The notes beneath the pieces were generated by a model, which was not told the origin of the DNA, did not search any database, and saw only the letters and a list, made by a program, of their open reading frames with translations. A stretch of 64,000 nucleotides of DNA, from contig JAFQEC010000038.1 in assembly GCA_017415805.1 (NCBI GenBank), positions 1,335-65,334 of the forward strand, in the 5' to 3' direction. A program made the position numbers and the translations under genes. Positions 62,968-64,000 of this stretch are shown here, piece by piece; within the stretch, counting starts at the first letter, position 1, and every line of letters starts with the position of its first letter. Origin of the DNA: Clostridia bacterium. GTDB lineage: Bacteria; Bacillota; Clostridia; Oscillospirales; CAG-272.

Positions 62968-63807
62968 ATGGTAGATTGCCGTCTTTGTGCCTTTGCGGAC
63001 GAGGCAGACCCCGCGCTTTCGGGTCAGATCCGTGCGCTGCTGGATAACGGCATCACGCAGCTGGAAATGCGCGGCGTGAACGGCATCAACGTGGCCAAGC
63101 TCACCGCCGCCGAAGCACGCGATGCACGTCGTGAGTTGGATGCCGCCGGCATATCGGTCTGGTCGCTCGGTTCGCCTGCGGGCAAGACGGCGATCACCGA
63201 TCCCTTTGATTTTGAAGAGGAGCAGTTCAAGCGCCTGCTGGAGATCGCCGACATCACCGATGCCAAGTGTATTCGACTCTTCAGCTTCTACAACACCGAT
63301 GGCAGCCCCTCGTATCGTGACGAGGTGCTCGCGCGCCTCGCGCGCTTCGCGGAGCTTGCCAAGGGCAGCGGCGTGGTGCTCTGCCACGAGAACGAAAAGG
63401 GCATCTATGGCGACGTGGCATCGCGTTGCCTGGAGATCCACAGGGCTCTGCCCGAGATCCGCGGCGTGTTTGACCCTGCCAACCTCGTGCAGTGCGGCGA
63501 GGACACCGTGCAGGCTTGGGAGATGCTTGAGCCCTACATTTACTACGGTCATATCAAGGACGCGCGTTGCGACGGCTGTGTTGTCCCCCCGGGTGAGGGT
63601 GACGGACAGATTGCCACCTATTTGAAGGGCTTTTTCAAGGGTGAGCGCAGGGTCCTCACGTTAGAGCCCCATCTCGCGGAGTTTACAGGGTTGAGTGAGC
63701 TTGAGAGCGACGAAAAGACCGTCATCGAGCAATTCCGCTTTGCGGATAACCGTACCGCATTTGATTTTGCGACAATGTCACTGAAAAAAATTCTGGAGGC
63801 GCTGTAA
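62968..63807 (+). CDS. Sugar phosphate isomerase/epimerase (xylose isomerase-like TIM barrel)
   Basis: CHENEKGIYGD...LEPH pattern typical of AP_endonuc_2 / TIM-barrel proteins. Confidence 0.75.
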   Translation: MVDCRLCAFADEADPALSGQIRALLDNGITQLEMRGVNGINVAKLTAAEARDARRELDAAGISVWSLGSPAGKTAITDPFDFEEEQFKRLLEIADITDAKCIRLFSFYNTDGSPSYRDEVLARLARFAELAKGSGVVLCHENEKGIYGDVASRCLEIHRALPEIRGVFDPANLVQCGEDTVQAWEMLEPYIYYGHIKDARCDGCVVPPGEGDGQIATYLKGFFKGERRVLTLEPHLAEFTGLSELESDEKTVIEQFRFADNRTAFDFATMSLKKILEAL

Positions 63808-64000
63808 TGGGAACTGTCATTGGTGCACAGCTTTTCACCGTTCGTGAATACTGCAAGACTCCCGAGGATCTGGAAAAGACCCTTGAACGTGTTGCAAAAA
63901 TGGGCTACCGTGCCGTTCAGCTCTCGGGCGTTTGCGATTGTGATCCCGTCTGGCTGAAAGGGGTTCTGGATCGCCTTGGGCTGGTGGCTCCCGTGTCGCA
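63807..64000 (+). CDS. Second sugar phosphate isomerase/epimerase-like protein (3' end lies off-window)
   Basis: TAATG overlap with the previous gene. MGTVIGAQLFTVREYCKTPEDLEKTLERVAKMGYRAVQLSG. Confidence 0.7.
   Translation, partial: MGTVIGAQLFTVREYCKTPEDLEKTLERVAKMGYRAVQLSGVCDCDPVWLKGVLDRLGLVAPVS

Overview
GC-rich chromosomal window with Firmicutes-style promoters and RBSs and Clostridia-like gene content (the taxon is inference). It is almost fully coding. Housekeeping blocks are ktrB/ktrA K+ uptake, two tandem CNNM/CorC-type transporters plus a DtxR/MntR-family regulator, tRNA-Ser, secG, nrdDG, nadE, and an Mgl/Rbs-type sugar ABC operon. They also include tRNA-Cys, a tRNA-Val/Asp/Gly operon, an eda-VOC fusion, glpK, serC-serA, prfB (no frameshift) and a hexuronate cluster (uxuA and neighbours). 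There are five accessory or unusual blocks. (i) Two tandem paralogous BspA-type LRR lipoproteins; the second sits behind a structured terminator/antiterminator leader. (ii) A 1122-aa membrane-anchored protein with about 11 degenerate repeats. (iii) A 13.6-kb carbohydrate-uptake locus with a 1157-aa solute-binding protein, two permease pairs, an NHL-TPR-Yip1 membrane protein and a 1225-aa secreted protein, but no ATPase or regulator. (iv) An 11.1-kb phage head/packaging island between glpK and serC with no visible integrase, replication, tail or endolysin genes. (v) GTAG-headed REP/BIME-like palindrome clusters in several intergenic regions, two of them entangled with copies of tRNA ends. Also notable are a transcarbamylase-fold protein with degenerate catalytic motifs at the end of the sugar ABC operon, and an orphan 38-aa peptide gene with its own promoter and terminators. 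No rRNA, CRISPR array, transposase or integrase was seen. All family assignments come from motif recognition by eye, not from searches.
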